This document shows, piece by piece, positions 63,585 to 64,000 of a DNA stretch of 64,000 nt. The notes beneath the pieces were generated by a model. It did no database searches. It saw only the letters and a list, made by a program, of their open reading frames with translations, and had not been told where the DNA came from. The number at the start of each line of letters is the position of its first letter. The stretch's first letter is position 1. A program made the position numbers and the translations under genes. This DNA comes from a virus, in the IMG/VR virus record IMGVR_UViG_3300045988_110372, positions 17,924 to 81,923 of that record; one strand, written 5' to 3'.

Positions 63585-63587
63585 GCT

Positions 63588-64000
63588 ATGGAAGTAAAGA
63601 AGTTAAAAAGGGTTGTCATAAAGGAAGAATTATACGCTTTAACAAAAGATACGATAGAAGCAATAATATTAGGGCAATTTATATACTGGGAGGAGAAAGT
63701 TAAAGATTTTGATAAATTTATTGTCGAAGAAAAGCAAAGATGTGAGAATGATGGTGTTTGTATAAATATAGAAATGCAGAACGGATGGATTTACAAAAAA
63801 GCATCAGAAATGGCAGAGGAATGTATGTTGAACATGTCAGAAGTCACAATTAGGAGATATATTCAAAATCTAATAGATAAAGGATTCGTTGAGTGCAGAA
63901 AAAATCCTACTCACAAATGGGATAAAACCCTACAATATAGGGTAAATATTGCATTTGTTGTTTTAGAAATAAAGAAACTTGGATATGATGGGCTTAGTGG
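63588..64000 (+). CDS. Winged-helix replication-initiator/organiser-like protein, N-terminal part (runs off the right edge)
   Basis: ATG at 63588, open to the end of the window. MSEVTIRRYIQNLIDKGFVECRKN is a wHTH-like segment. Confidence 0.55.
   Translation, partial: MEVKKLKRVVIKEELYALTKDTIEAIILGQFIYWEEKVKDFDKFIVEEKQRCENDGVCINIEMQNGWIYKKASEMAEECMLNMSEVTIRRYIQNLIDKGFVECRKNPTHKWDKTLQYRVNIAFVVLEIKKLGYDGLS

Overview
This window is a 64-kb segment of a tailed dsDNA phage. No rRNA genes, tRNA genes or CRISPR arrays were seen. The virion module looks siphovirus-like: large terminase, portal, scaffold, a lambda-E/HK97-type capsid protein, a G/GT chaperone pair and a 1732-aa tape measure protein. Many intergenic regions carry the Bacteroidota -7 promoter box TAnnTTTG, so I infer a Bacteroidota host.

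Layout:
- 1-12840, mostly minus strand: fibre-like genes, portal and terminase. A plus-strand accessory island at about 1000-3700 interrupts this block.
- 12841-13102: divergent late promoter region.
- 13103-23897, plus strand: scaffold, capsid, connector, tail tube, chaperones and tape measure.
- 23961-25184, minus strand: antirepressor and a DnaA-domain-IV-like protein.
- 25395-29284, plus strand: a late module of Cys-cluster proteins, some possibly lysis-related.
- 29328-56794, minus strand: about 70 tightly packed early genes. These include an endolysin, dCMP deaminase, dUTPase, thioredoxin, RuvC, an MBL nuclease, RecT, SSB, a Rad50-like ATPase, a radical SAM enzyme, Dam and a serine recombinase.
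- 56800-58400: a 1.9-kb AT-rich control region.
- 58400-64000, plus strand: methyltransferase-like gene, YopX, sliding clamp, HNH, and a replication-initiator-like gene.

Most notable calls:
1. A T4 td-like group I intron (25470-26579) carries a GIY-YIG endonuclease. It splits a Cys-rich late gene, and the ATG given in the ORF track for that gene is actually the 3' end of the intron.
2. The large terminase carries a LAGLIDADG intein inside its Walker A loop. The intein has the Trp/Cys/Thr signature of class 3 inteins.
3. An RlmN/Cfr-like radical SAM enzyme lacks the methyl-carrier cysteine.
4. A non-coding stretch of about 770 nt (41005-41777) is hairpin-dense and has its own promoter.
5. An iteron array and a set of related palindromes mark candidate origin or operator regions.
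6. Several genes are broken by frameshifts or stops. Some breaks sit at A8 tracts or at slippery heptamers.

All functional calls rest on motifs read by eye. No searches were run.
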